From assembly GCF_006345805.1 (NCBI RefSeq), contig NC_042999.1:21390001-21454000 (forward strand): DNA of 64,000 nucleotides, written 5' to 3'. The notes below the pieces were generated by a model, which saw nothing but the letters and a program-made list of their open reading frames with translations, was not told the DNA's origin and searched no databases. Position numbers and translations under genes: made by a program. This stretch comes from Octopus sinensis (lineage: Eukaryota). Of the stretch, positions 50,681 through 63,838 are shown in pieces; positions within the stretch are counted from its first letter, which is position 1, and the number at the start of each line of letters is the position of its first letter.

Positions 50681-52784
50681 TATTCATACGTTTATACCTT
50701 TGTATGTATAAAATGAGATAGATAGATAGATAGATAGATAATACATATATACATATATACATAAATAGTGGAAATTATGATCAACGCTGGAATAAGCATT
50801 TAGGTCCAACATTTATTTCACTATAGCAGTTATTTTGAACAAACCATTGCATGTGCATTTGCAGTTGGGCATGTCATCCAATTACGATAGGAACATCTCA
50901 TGTTGAGTTTGATATAACTGCAATGGTGAAACATACGTAGCAGCCAAATATTTCGACTGATGTTTATGCTCTCTATATCAGTAACACTATATAAAAGTAA
51001 CACTACGAAATACAGTATACGGAAAAACATTACACTGGGAGCCGACTGGATAATGGTAGTCTATGTACACATGCAATATATATGTATATATATATATATA
51101 TATATACATAAGCAATGACCATTCCGTATGTATAGTAAGGCACCATTGGTTCCATGTAAGAAATATCTCAACATTCTGAAGCTGATCACATAGAAAAATT
51201 AGTGTTCATTTCCATTTTGGATTAAAACAAGAAAAATAATAAAATAATACGGGAAGTCACAAGGATTTACGGTAAAGAAAAACAAAAATCAAGAGAGACA
51301 ACTCCTGGATAACAAATCTTGGATGATTATCTCCCTTTCGAAAAGCTTATGCTGATCGGAAAGTTTGTTTATGTAAAAAGAGACGATAAGCGATGGCTAG
51401 AAGAATATTGAGCCTTAATTGATAACCTGCTGATCTAGCAAGTGGGGCCTCATATCAGTGAGGTGCACATTGATGCCGTCAAGATGTAGACCCCGAAACG
51501 GCGCGCATTCTCTCCTGATGATCTCATACACTTGCTGGCTTCCGGTATGCGGAGTTTTTGACTGGTAGCACTTGCATGTGCAAGTTGTTTGAACGACATA
51601 CATATATACATACATACATACATACATACATACATACATACAGGACTTCCATACGACTTCTGTCTCAGATTTCAATCAAAAAACCTCTAAAAGATACGAT
51701 GTTGCATATGTTCAAAGGCCGTTACATTGTAGATCATGCAACAGAATTCCTCCAGTTGAGCACTTGCTGAAGAAGAACATTTTTTTATTTCCTATTCTTC
51801 GTCAAATTCTATTACCATTCTTCTGATAATGTCGATTCTGTATTTTATATTCATATTCTCTCATTTTCTGTTCGTGAAACTTTTCCTGTTTTTTTGTCAA
51901 CGTTGTCATTTTTAAAGAAAAGGAATGTTTTGTTATACGTAACCTAGATTTCCTCTTTACTGCTACGGCTATTAAACGCATTATTTTATTTGCTGTTTCA
52001 ATGTTCAGGCTTTCTGATGTGGAAAGTATTTCTTGAAAACTTCGGTTATATTTGGCTATCATTTTCCGGCAATATCGCTACATTCATAACTGGCGGCTTT
52101 GTTTTCCCTAAGTTTCTATTTTATTGTTTGTATCGTCTGCTGACTGTCGTCTGTTATTCTTTCCGGTGCTCTGCACAATATTGTTCTCTATTTCATTATG
52201 TGCGGACTCTAGGGACTTCTTTATGTTGCGGCTGGATGTTGAATTATAGTTTACATAAGACGGGAGGTTTTTCAGTTGTCAACATCTTCGTTGTCTTGTA
52301 ATCTATGTTTCGCTTGATTTTGTTTCTTGTTCGTTTTGGTTTGTTGTCCTCCATTTTGATATGTGGGCATACTCTAGTTTCATGTTATTATTATTCCATT
52401 GATATCTAGAATGCATTCTATTAAAGCAAACTAGGGTATGACACCCAATTACTATTTTATTTTATCAGCAGTCGAATAAGCGTAAGGGGAATAGAAATAA
52501 TGCCTTTCGTATCTAGCATGCTGCTTCCTATACGATAAGGTAGGCGGATTTACTAGGTCTCACTCCCCTTAAATATGTTTCTACACAGCCTTGGTTTTTA
52601 TCTTATTACGCAAAAATTTCTTATATTCACACGCTGACATAGAGCCAACGTTGAACACCTTATTCACAAATTACCGAATCTGGAACTTAACTATCGTCTG
52701 TCTATAGCACTTATTCAGCTTTACCTGACACCTTTGGGTCTCAATGACACCATTATCTCACACCGCTGTACATGCCAGTTTTGT

Positions 52785-52912
52785 TTATGTTCACTGTAAC
52801 TTAGCAAAAGAGACTAATAGAATTAGTGTTGTATTCTTCAACTAAACTCTTGGAGACGGTGCTCCAATATGGCCGCAGTCTAATAAATGAAACAAGAAAA
52901 TGACAAAAGAAT
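52785..52912 (+). mobile_element. Degenerate SINE family A 3' part
   Basis: gtaacttagcaaaagagactaatagaat...gacggtgctccaatatggccgcagtc...gaaacaagaaaa. Confidence 0.7.
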
Positions 52913-54568
52913 AGTTCTTTGATTTGCGTTTATTATTGTTTATGTATCCAAGTTCTTTCTTTAGCGTATTTCAGTTCAGTTTTCCTCTTAGATCTTCGTT
53001 ATTTATTATCCAAATTGCTGTTGTATCTGTTGGGTGTAATATGCCTCTGTAGCGTACCTGTAAATTTTCAAGCTATTGTTATTTCCAGTTTCATTCAACA
53101 CGTTCTTGTTTACTTGTTTTCATGTTTGCTTGTTTGTTTATTTGTTTAATTTTACTTTCGTTTTATCTTCATGGACGTTAGCTTTTGAAGCAAACCTTTT
53201 GTTGGGATTAAATGTTTTAAAGGAAATCCTTTCCGCGTTTATGATACATGCATCGTGATCGCATTAAATTCACAATAGGCAGGTTTTCATTATTATTAGA
53301 ATTATTATTACTGTTGCTCTTTATGTATTTTATTGCAAAAAGACGTGTTGCCAAGTACCTCCAACTTGACTTGTTATTAGCTTTGTTGTTTTTATTCTAT
53401 TATTTTGCTGTTGTTCTATTGTGATTATATTGAGAAGACGATAGCTGAATTCCTATATATCTTTCCAAATATCTTGCCAATTTAAGGGATAAAAATTTTA
53501 ATTAGAATTTGTTTCTGCTTCAAAGCAAAAATTTACATTAAAAGTGTTATGGCGGTGAAGATGTTAGACGTTTTCAATAATATCGGCACCTGCATTCATC
53601 CTTCAGATGTGGGGAAAGAAAATGTGTTATATATAAATATAGGGAATATTTTGCTCAAATAACTACTATGATTGCAACGTTAATAGCAACAATAATTCTT
53701 TATGAATAATACTAACAATCGTAAAAACAAAAATATCATACGAATGTTGATATAATTGCAACATTAAACTCACAATGAGGCAGCCACAGTATTGTTATTT
53801 CACCTGCTAAAATATTACCGAAATTTCCGTCTAATCACACCTTACTACCATAAAAGGATAAATCTCGTCAGAAAAGATATTGCCCGATAATGTTGTCTTA
53901 GATATACTATGCATCATAATGTTATTCGTTAACCATTGTTCAATGCGGTCAGTGATAAGTAGTTCACTACAATAAGAAGAACCTTGAAAATATTCTCTGT
54001 AAACGAGGATATTTTCTCTGAAAAACGAGAAAAAAATGTTAGTCCTAAATCCGTATGTGCTTATATATATTTGAAAGTTGACCTATTCAGTAAAAGATTT
54101 GGACGTGTGATAGTACAGTACATGTCAGTAGGGAGTAACACATATTGCTTCCGAAAGAAAGGAGGAAGCGAAATGACAGTAGCATTTATATGCATCTCCT
54201 ACATATACTAAGATTATTGCTGACAGATCATCGTAATGTGAAATATTTGTTATGAATGCACCATTTCTGATCCATTGTCTCTTCGAAGTGTCAGAATATT
54301 TTCCGGTATAAATAGCAGCTGATGTGATCGAATCTGTGGGTATACTCGGATTTAGTAACGACGAAAAACCCAGAAGCAATGTAGAAAACTTGACACGGTG
54401 TATCGATTGCATAATTTACACTTGACGTTTATCAAATTTTAGTTTATCCGTCTTCATAATATTTTCAGTTTTGGTAACTTTCATGTCAAAGAAATAAAAT
54501 CTAACCTTTCGCTTCTTTTAAGTCATTTGTTTTCATTCTTCAACTATGCAGTGTAACTGTATCACTTA

Positions 54569-54959
54569 CTAGCAGTATCGCCCGGCGTTGCTCGGGTTTG
54601 TGTCGACCCTTTAGAATTTGAATTTTTGAAAAATAAATATTTCGCATTATGTAGCTTGTTATTCTCTTTGAGTGAACATTTTTCTAGTTAGAATACACCG
54701 AAAAATGGTGACACAGCTGTCAAAAAATCATAAAAATAGGGATTTTCATAGAAAAAAATGCACCTTTTTTATGTAAATAATTTTTGGTGTTAACATGATC
54801 TGATTTGAATTTTTCTACTATGGAATGAAGAGCAGGCCTTCTTCTATCATACTCTCAATTTTGATCAACTTGCGACGCAGGGTCTCGAAGGAGATAGTGT
54901 TAGTTGAAGGTTACCAAACGTGCCATACACAGACAACTTCAGCTTTATATATAGAGAGA
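54569..54959 (-). mobile_element. Non-autonomous Helitron (same family as 23257-23621)
   Basis: Same TC 5' end, same cccgagcaacgccggg hairpin and CTAG|T; carries ~28 extra bp near 54858-54887. Confidence 0.85.
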
Positions 54960-55625
54960 TTAGGTCTCAGTTGGAGCGGCGTAAATTTCAGCACCAAACA
55001 TCAGATACTTAACAGTTTTTGTGTGTTTTTCAAAAGCTAATATGCGTCTTCCACTCTTTAATTGCTTGTGCTTAACACACAGACACAGACCAAATCTCTA
55101 ACTAGACAAGTACTTCTCTGACACTTTCCTACTGTTTGCTCACAACCTAAATATATATTTCCACAATAAAGCCAGTTTCTACTTTGTACATTATTGTTTC
55201 TTTATATACATACGTAAGTTTTCTCTTCATTTTTTTTTTATGTCATGTCTTCCTCTAACACTAATCACTTTTTCTTTCGTTATTTCAAATGAGTAATCGC
55301 ACGGTGTTTACATAGTATTAGTCTGCTGTTTATATTTGTTCCGGTCTTTTGTTTTATGTAGGGTAGTTATATTCTGTTTATACAAAATTCAGTGCTAGTG
55401 GCTTCAGGACGCTGCTGGTAGTTCCTTGCTTTCTCTCTTGCTAAACAGCCCAATATACAATATTTTCCATTTTATTATTTTAATAGAGTAGTTTATAACT
55501 TGAGGGCAGATGTATCTTTTCCTATAATCTTATGTCAAGCATTGAGGTTAATTTCATATTATTACTCTTCAATAATAGGCTTTTCTAATTTTCCCTTTCA
55601 TTTCAGCGTTGTAGTTTATAGCTGT

Positions 55626-56007
55626 TGTGAAGGTGCAATAACCCAGTGGTTTGGGCTGCGGACTCGCGGTCGTAGGATCGCGGTTTCGATTCCCTGACGT
55701 TGGGAGTGTTTATTGAGCAAAAACACCAAAAGCTCCACGAGGCTCCGGCCGGGGATGGAGGCGAACCCTACTGTACTCTTTCACCACAACTTGCTCACAC
55801 TCTTTCTTCCTGTTTCTGTTGTGCCTGTATTTCAAAAGGCCAGCCTTGCCACACTCTGCATCATGCTGATTCTCCCCGAGAACTACGTTAAGGGTACGTG
55901 TGTCTGTGGAGTGCTCAGCCACTTGCACGTTAATTTCACGAGCAGGCTGCTCCGTTGATCGGATCAACAGGGACCCTCGTCGTCGTAACCGACGGAGTGC
56001 CACGACT
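55626..56007 (+). mobile_element. tRNA-derived SINE family C with tail type ii
   Basis: Head gtgcaataacccagtggtttgggctgcggactc...ggtttcgattccc and middle aagctccacgaggctccggc as at 11800-11943; tail gaccctcgtcgtcgtaaccgacggagtgccac. Confidence 0.85.
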
Positions 56008-56344
56008 TATAGCTTTAGCCCACTGGTAAATTGGTAGAATACTTGTGTCCTCAGCACACAGGGTTTGGTAGTATATATTCCAGCTCTTTCTTACTAATAT
56101 CCGATGAGGTACAAATAAATGTCTAACTGTATAGAAACAAAGTGAAATTACTTTAAAATGTTGTACTAAAATAGAGAGAAAATTCTAAAATAATGCGTTG
56201 TGAGTTAAACTCGTTCTTTGCTTTTGTTTTTGTTTTTCCTATTTTAATCCTTTCCAATCTTATGTCAATTAGCACAAACGTTAAAGAAAATATAAGCTCT
56301 ATTAAACCTCTGAGCGAGATATAAACAGTAGCAATACGGAACCA

Positions 56345-56705
56345 TAACATATAATTGCCAACCAAGTCTGGCATCCTATACGAGACAGTGCTACTGTTGT
56401 TTATATATTTCTTCCAGCTGGCCAACGACACACATTTAGTGTCCAATTAGTATTTGCGAGGGAAGGTTATCGCTCCCATTCCCTAGCCTTATGTGATAGA
56501 CACTGACTCGAATTTCTGGGTGGTTACTCGTTCTCAGCGTGTGTTAATCATTAGCTAGTGATGAAAACTCACTACACTCGTAAAATACTAATCGGCCGCA
56601 GAATGTTTGTCGTTAGCCAGCTGGAAGAGATGTCTTCCTGGGGTTATAAACGTCAGTAGCACCGTCCTGTATAGGACGCCACACTTGGTTGGCAATTATA
56701 TATTA
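56345..56705 (-). mobile_element. Older foldback element homologous to 36192-36547, with a hammerhead relic in the spacer
   Basis: Arms ~56345-56460 and 56577-56705; 56499-56543 on the minus strand reads CACACG-CTGAGAA-CGAG taacca CCCA-GAAA-T TCGA GTC-AGTGTC. Confidence 0.8.
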
Positions 56706-57151
56706 CAACGCAAAAGTACTTTTATCGTTGTGTTCATATTTCGTAGCTCTACTCTTCCTCTGCAACTGTTATTTATAGTAAGAAAATTTATATTAAAAAA
56801 GACAAATAAGCGAACAAATTTATCTGACAACCCAATTTGCAATCATTAGCAAATAGTGTTTTCAGTATTTATCTGTACCATCATATTCATTAAGTGATCG
56901 TTCTGACGTTAAATATTTTTACACAATCGAGATATAGATATTTGGCGAGGAAAGAATTAACGCTGGACAATTACTGCTGCTATTTCTTTCCTTGAAGCAT
57001 CGGGGGAGTCGACTATGGAGATTCATAATTTTAGATTTTAGATTCATAATAGCTGCATCCCAAAAATGATTAATAGACGAATAATTAAATACAGTTACCT
57101 TATTACATACTAGTTGGCATAGAAATCGTTATGATTTAGAGAAGCCCGTGC

Positions 57152-57725
57152 GAGGCGTGGCTATGTGGTAAGAAGCTTGCTTCTATACCACACGGTTCCG
57201 ATTTCATTCATAATGCGTGGTAACTAGGGCGAGTGTCTTCTACTATAGCCTCAGGCTGACCAAAGCCTTGTGAGTAGATTTGGCAGACGGAAACTGGAAG
57301 AAGCCCGTCGTATATATATATAAGAGTAGAAGAGTATATGTATATATATACATATACTATTCTACTCTTTTACTTGTTTCTGTCATTTGACTGCGGCCAT
57401 GTTGGGGCACCACCTTTAGTCGAGCAAATCGACCCCAGGACTTGTTCTTTGTAAGCCTAGTAATTATTCTTATCGGTCTCTTTTGCTGGCCGAACCGCTA
57501 AGTTACAGGGACGTAAACACACCAACATCGGTTGTCAAGTGATGGGGGCAAACCCAAACACACAAACACACCCATACACACACGCATACGACTTGGCTTA
57601 CACACATTTTCCATTGATCAGAGTCAATCGTAAAACACACTTGCTCATAGTCCCTTACAATAAGACTGAACCAGAAACCGGGTGATTGCAATGCGAGCTT
57701 CTTAACTACACAATCATGCCTGCAC
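57152..57725. mobile_element. Two convergent SINE family A copies (plus-strand head with deleted body; minus-strand older copy)
   Basis: Head at 57152-57312 joined to aagagtagaagagta; minus copy at ~57355-57725. Confidence 0.8.
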
Positions 57726-57950
57726 CTAGTATGAGGTAGAGCTTCCACCTAATTGGCACAAATAAGCGTTCGAAAGATCTACGCAAATCTACAAATTCAC
57801 CGATTTGAAATTAGGAAAAGCTGATAGAATTTACATTACCACTGCCGCAGCAGCTTTCACCACGTGTAATTTCACCAAACGAAGTAAGTACTTCAGTTAT
57901 CTAAAACACAAGTTATATCTGAGAAAGAAATAGAGACTGATTGTCGGAGT

Positions 57951-58033
57951 TTGTAGGTGATTAATACTATCTATTTGTAGTTGCAGGTGATTAATACTAT
58001 ATAGGCTTTGTAGGTGATTAATACTATCTATCT
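57951..58033. repeat. Minisatellite, three copies of (t)gtaggtgattaatactat(ctat)
   Basis: Period ~33 bp. Confidence 0.8.
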
Positions 58034-58929
58034 TAAAGTTTCGAGTAGCATTTCACATTCGAATGTACAAAAATATATTTAGAAAAAATATGCAGATCAC
58101 CATTTTTTTTCTTGCTATTCAACATACGTATAACAATTTATTAATGTTTGGCAATTAACAGCTCTGGCCGCTAAAGAAGTTTCTCTGCTGAAGTTTTAAA
58201 CAAGTGCCTCGAACACTTTTTTAGATTCCTCAGTGCGGAATGCCTTTAGTTAGTGAGTCACAATGATTGCCCGGAGTCCGTTGTGCTGATAAATCGAATG
58301 TGTTACGAACACAGACTCAGCATACAGAAGACGCTGATCTGTGACGAAACGCAACAGCAGTTAACATATTCAGACTCAATTCTCTCAGAACGTATGACTC
58401 AACGTCATTTAAGACTATCGTTTCAAAATTTTTACTGCTTCAAATTAAGATATCTTACTGCTGCAGAAAGCATGATGATCCCTATAGATTAGAGAACACT
58501 ATTAATTGACTTGGAATTCGCTTGACAGTTCAAGTGAAGTCAGTAGAAAACCCTGCATATAGGATGCAAGAAGATTTCAGTGGTAACCAGAAGAGATTGT
58601 GCAGCGTTTCGGGGCCTTCGGTGGCATCATACAGCTCAAGAAAGCACGTTGATTCTTAAAGAATAAGGAATACTATCAACATGTTAGTGTTAGTGTGGAC
58701 GTTCGGAAGTTTTGAATTTTAAATTTGGATCTGAGGCAATTTACAAATAATTCCCGGAATAAGGATATATGGAGGCTTGATGGTTTTATTCAAATAATAG
58801 TATGGTGATACTAACAAATTCTTGGAATATCTCATTCTATTCAATTAGACTATGAATATCTAGTTTCAGTGAATAATTTATTGCTCGGAAATTGGAATCC
58901 AGTCTTAGATTGTGCTCGGTGATAGCTTA

Positions 58930-58950
58930 CTTTACAGTATATTTGTGTGT

Positions 58951-58989
<39 letters not shown>

Positions 58990-59424
58990 CATTTTTGGAT
59001 ATGTGTGTGTCTCTGCGTGTGTGTGCTTGTATGTGTGTGCTTACTTGCGTGTGTGCGTATCTGTCTGCCTGTTTCTGTGTGGATATATATATGTATGTAT
59101 ATATATATATATGTATATATATATTTATGTATATATATATATGTATATATATTATATATATGTATATATGTATATATATGTATATATATATATGTATATA
59201 TGTATATATGTATATATAGTATATGTATATATGTATATATATGTATATGTATATATACATATGTATGTATGTATATATGTATATATACGTATGTATATAT
59301 ATTTATGTATATATATGTATATGTATATATATGTATATATATGTATATATATATACATATATATACGTTTGCATATATATATATATATATATACATATAT
59401 ATACGTTTGCATATATATATATAT

Positions 59425-59471
<47 letters not shown>

Positions 59472-59502
59472 GCATATATATGAAATATGTATATATATAT
59501 AT

Positions 59503-59537
<35 letters not shown>

Positions 59538-59599
59538 GTATTATATATATATATATTATATATATATATATATATGTATATTTATATATATAATATATG

Positions 59600-59631
<32 letters not shown>

Positions 59632-59703
59632 ATATATATTATATATATGTATATATATATATATGTATATATATATATTTACATATATACATATATATAC
59701 GTT

Positions 59704-59746
<43 letters not shown>

Positions 59747-60001
59747 GTATGCATATATATGTCTGTATATGTCTACTATATATCTATCTAAATCTCTCTT
59801 TATATACATGCATGTGTATGTGTGTGAGTGTGCATATATATATATTATATATATATATGTATGTATGTATGAATATATATGCATATATATGTACATGGAT
59901 ATGGGTATGCATGTAGATAGATATACATATATTAGTGGCGTCACATGTATGTGAATACCTACTGCTATACGCACACACATGCATACACACGTACACACAC
60001 A

Positions 60002-60045
<44 letters not shown>
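58930..60045. repeat. Long (TG)n/(TA)n/(TATATG)n low-complexity array
   Basis: Read directly from the sequence; source of the spurious 233-334 aa ORFs. Confidence 0.95.
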
Positions 60046-60046
<1 letters not shown>

Positions 60047-61308
60047 AGCTGTATTTTCTGTCTGACTTGACTTCATTCATTGACTTCTCATATAAAATGT
60101 AAAAAATATATGTAAACCAAAATATCTAGCCCGGAGTAACCTTAAAACTATAAATCAAACAAACTTTTAATTGAAGACCGCATAGACAGTGATTTCTATT
60201 TAAAATTCCGTTGTTTTTTATTCAATTTGATTTTACTTCATATATTTATAATGCTATTTATTTTCTAAACTGTTATTTTTATTTTTTTCTTCCCCCTTGA
60301 CTAACCCGAATAACAAAGACTTTTGGTTTCCAAAGGCTGGAATAAACAACACACATTCAGATAATGAACTTTCCTTCAAATAACTATTATTAGCCATTTC
60401 CACCCAACGGTCTTTTCTATAATCGGAAAACATTTTAAATTATCAACTATTGTATTCAATTACAAACATCTCCTATAACGCCGGAGTTGACCTATGGCCA
60501 TAGTTTTGCAGCTGGTGCGATGGCCCCCTAGAGACCAACTAATTAGCTTTCAACACAAAGTACTTGTTAAACTATATTTATAAAATAAAACAAACAAAAA
60601 AAAATAGAAGAATTCCCATGACAATACTTTTCTTAAATAGATACATGTGATTACCGTATATACGTGTACACAACTGGTCAGGTGTGTTGTTATGGTTGAT
60701 GAAGAAAAAATACGTAAATTAAATTTAAATGCAGACAGGAAGCACAGCTTCGCTATCTATTGAAGCTACACAACCTTTCAGTATCACTTTGTAATCCATC
60801 TTCGCAATTGGCTTAACGCTACGAGACACATATTCACAAGCAAGCATACATACACACACAAACACACATGTCTTTTATTTTCTACTTGATTCAGTCATTG
60901 CGTTGCAGACATGCTGTGAGGCCGCTATGAAGGGTTTTAGTCGTAAATATGAGAAGTATGGCTAAAACACAGGTTTACTTATTATTAAAAGCTCCTACGC
61001 TCGTTTCTTCATTATGATTGATTGGTGTCCTGCGGCGGAAGCTCATAACTGGTAATATCATGCCATGTAGAACTTTGTTAGAAACTATACCGAAAGCAAA
61101 CACAATTACGAATATCTACGCTGTGCGCTAAATGTAACAGTAGCAGTCGTATATCTACTTGTATATATAAATTTTAACACCCTCCTACACACACATACAC
61201 AACATGCACAAACACACATGCACAAACATACACAAACACACATGCACACACACACACACACACACAGCTATATGTATGAACGTATGTATGAGTGTGCGTG
61301 CGTGTGTA

Positions 61309-61341
<33 letters not shown>

Positions 61342-61342
<1 letters not shown>

Positions 61343-63720
61343 AACTTAGATACACTTAGATAAACTTAGATATGTTTCGACCAATGATTGGTCCAGGCCA
61401 TGTCTAACTTAATAGCACCACGTGATAGGATTATTTGAATCCTGTTTAAGTCAAGTGTTGGTTATGGGCCATTCAAGTAGTGCGTTTTTGTTGGGTGAGT
61501 TGTATCCAATTATGGGTGGCTTATCTGGTATTCTTTGAAGGAATCTATCCAGACTCCGTTTAAAGTTGATGGGATCATGTTCCTCTTTGATCGCTTTCGG
61601 GACAATGTTAAATAGGGCAGGGCCTGTCGAAGAAAAGAAATTGTGTCGCAGTGTACATGTATGCTGTGATCTTGAATTGGGCAGGGGACGTATGGCCCGT
61701 GGTCCCAGTCTTGGATGAACCTTGAAGCTTATGTTCAGGTCGTTTGAGCAAAGTTGGCGGTATATTCTCCACATCGTACAAATGATGTACCGCTCACGGC
61801 GACGCTGGAGAGAGTAGAGTTTCAAGGCTTTAAGGCGATCCCAATAATCGAGAGCAGCCATACCTTCAATTCGTTTAGTGAGTGCTCTCTGGGGTGATTC
61901 AATCCTCGAGATGTTTTGTCTTGTATGGGGAGACCACAGTGGGCAGTAGTATTCAAGGTGTGGCCGTACAAAGGAGGAGAAAAGTGGTATGATGACACCT
62001 TGTTCTCTGGACCGGAAAGTTCTTAATATCCATGAACTCATCCTACGAGCTATATCGACCTTCTTGTTGATGTGTGCACTCCAACTGAGATCGTCATCAA
62101 CAATTACACCCAGGTCTCTGATATTGTTAGAGGCTGTGAGCGGTTCCCCTGAAGGAAGAGAGTATGGCTGTTTTAGTGAGGAATTTCTTCCAAAATGCAT
62201 CAGCTCAAATTTTCCCTCGTTCAGTTGCATTTTGTTTCTGTCTGCCCATTGACTGACAGCATATAGATCAGACTGGAGTTGAGTTCGGTCTGCTTCTTCA
62301 TTGACGATTTGCTGGAGCTTAGTGTCATCAGCAAATATTTTCACTGGAAAGGTCGTTTATGTAGATTATGAAGAGTAGCGGACCCAAGACAGGCCCTTGG
62401 GGGACACCGCTGGTGACTTTTGCTGGGCTTGAGTGGACTCCATCAACTACGACATGTGTTCTATTCGCCAGGAAACACTTGATCCAGTGTAGAACATTTC
62501 CGCGGATTCCAACATTTGCCAATTTTGAGAGTAGGATATTATGGTCTACCCTGTCGAACGCTTTACTGAAGTCAAGATATATGACATCAGAGTTCGAACC
62601 TGTCCCCAAGGCTTTGAGTACATCTTCAATGTGGAGTAAGAGCTGTGTTAGACAGTCCCTGCCACAGCGAAAGCCATGCTGATTTGCATTTAGGAGTTTG
62701 TGGGTCTCCAGGAAGTCAGCTATCCTTGATCTTAACACTCTTTCAAACACTTTGATGATGTGGGAGGTGAGTGAGAATGGGCGATAGTTGAGTGCGAGGG
62801 ATCTGTTTCCCTGTTTGAAAACCGGGATGACTGACTGGGATAGAAACTGTTTCGGTATATAACCTGCGTCTAACGAATTTCTCCAGCAGTTGGTCAGAGG
62901 GACTGCAAGTTGGTGTCTACATTCCTTCAGGAGACTAGCGGGGAATCTATCAGGGCCTACAGCAGAGTAGCATTTGCGTCATTTATTGCTGCTGTGATGT
63001 CAGTGGCAGTGAAGGTTATGTCTGAGATTTTATGTTGAGGGTTAACTTCGTTCGCTTCTCTTGCGTCAATATCAGTGGGAACACTAAAGACAGAGCAGTA
63101 TTATTTCTGCAGTATTTCTGCCATTTCTTTAGCATCGTGTTGGGGAATGTCGTTATCATCAATCAATGGCCCAATGGGTGAGACAGTGGTTGTATGCTTA
63201 TTTGCATAAGAATAGAACACTTTTGGGTTCTGTTTGATGTTTTTGATGTTTTCAATGGAGGTTTTCATGTCGTTCTGTAGATGAAGTTTTTCCAGCTCTA
63301 GCCTTTTCATTGTTGTTGAATTTGGATGTTGTATGTGAGAATATTTTAATTGGTTGATATTTTTGTTGAGTCTTTTGATGCGCCTGATGAGTGTTTTTTT
63401 TTTCTTTTTAGGGAGCCGGTGAAATTGAGAGTAAAAGACCAGTCGATGCAAGACAGATCCTTTCTGATTGCTCCCCAGTCCGCTTTGTGGAAGTTTATGT
63501 TGTCAAATGAGTGCGATGGAGTGGGATTGGCTGGTTTGGTTTTTATATGTCGGGAATTGAAATTGCAGCGTATCATGTCGTGGTCTGAGAGGAGAGTGTT
63601 TTCAACTGAGGGAGTAAATCCAAACTTACAGGGAAAAATTAGATTTAGGATTAAAGGAGGAGGAGGTTCTTCCACAACTAACTGCTCCAGGACCCTGCTC
63701 TGCTCTTTGGGACAGTTCTC
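61342..63720 (-). mobile_element. Decayed CR1-like LINE (partial endonuclease, linker and RT)
   Basis: LLSDHDMIRC and NFHKADW (63346-63804); KQNPKVFYSY (63101-63451); NYRPFSLTS; [30 protein letters not shown] (62328-62750); KIFADDTKL to IPDKP (61451-62344). Tail (TATCTAAGT(T/G))n at 61342-61372; several frameshifts; (TA)n on both sides. Confidence 0.93.
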
Positions 63721-63838
63721 CTTAATGTATGTGTATATATATATATATATATACACATGCACACATACACGCACACAAACGCACACACGCGCACACACAC
63801 ACACGTATATACATACGTGTGTATGTATATTTATATTT

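Noticed and set aside
51490-51530. GAAAC...CTGATGA in type-II hammerhead order
   Set aside because: Helix III and helix I cannot form; the 170-bp GC-rich patch remains unexplained, but I have no supportable call.
51800-52320. Possible decayed RTE ORF2 linker on the minus strand; also LINE-endonuclease-like words at 34480-34560
   Set aside because: The similarity rests on a few residues across several stops and frameshifts; a BLASTX search is needed.
54125-54412. 95-aa minus-strand ORF with a hydrophobic start
   Set aside because: No recognisable homology; this length is attainable by chance.
57951-58033. Regularly spaced short repeats resembling a CRISPR array
   Set aside because: Eukaryotic context, spacers of only ~10-15 bp, three units and no cas genes; it is an ordinary minisatellite.
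58850-60080. Long ORFs of 136-334 aa (and similar YI/CV/HT-rich ORFs throughout the window)
   Set aside because: They are translations of (TA)n, (TG)n, (GATA)n and (GAA)n tracts, which lack stops in some frames.
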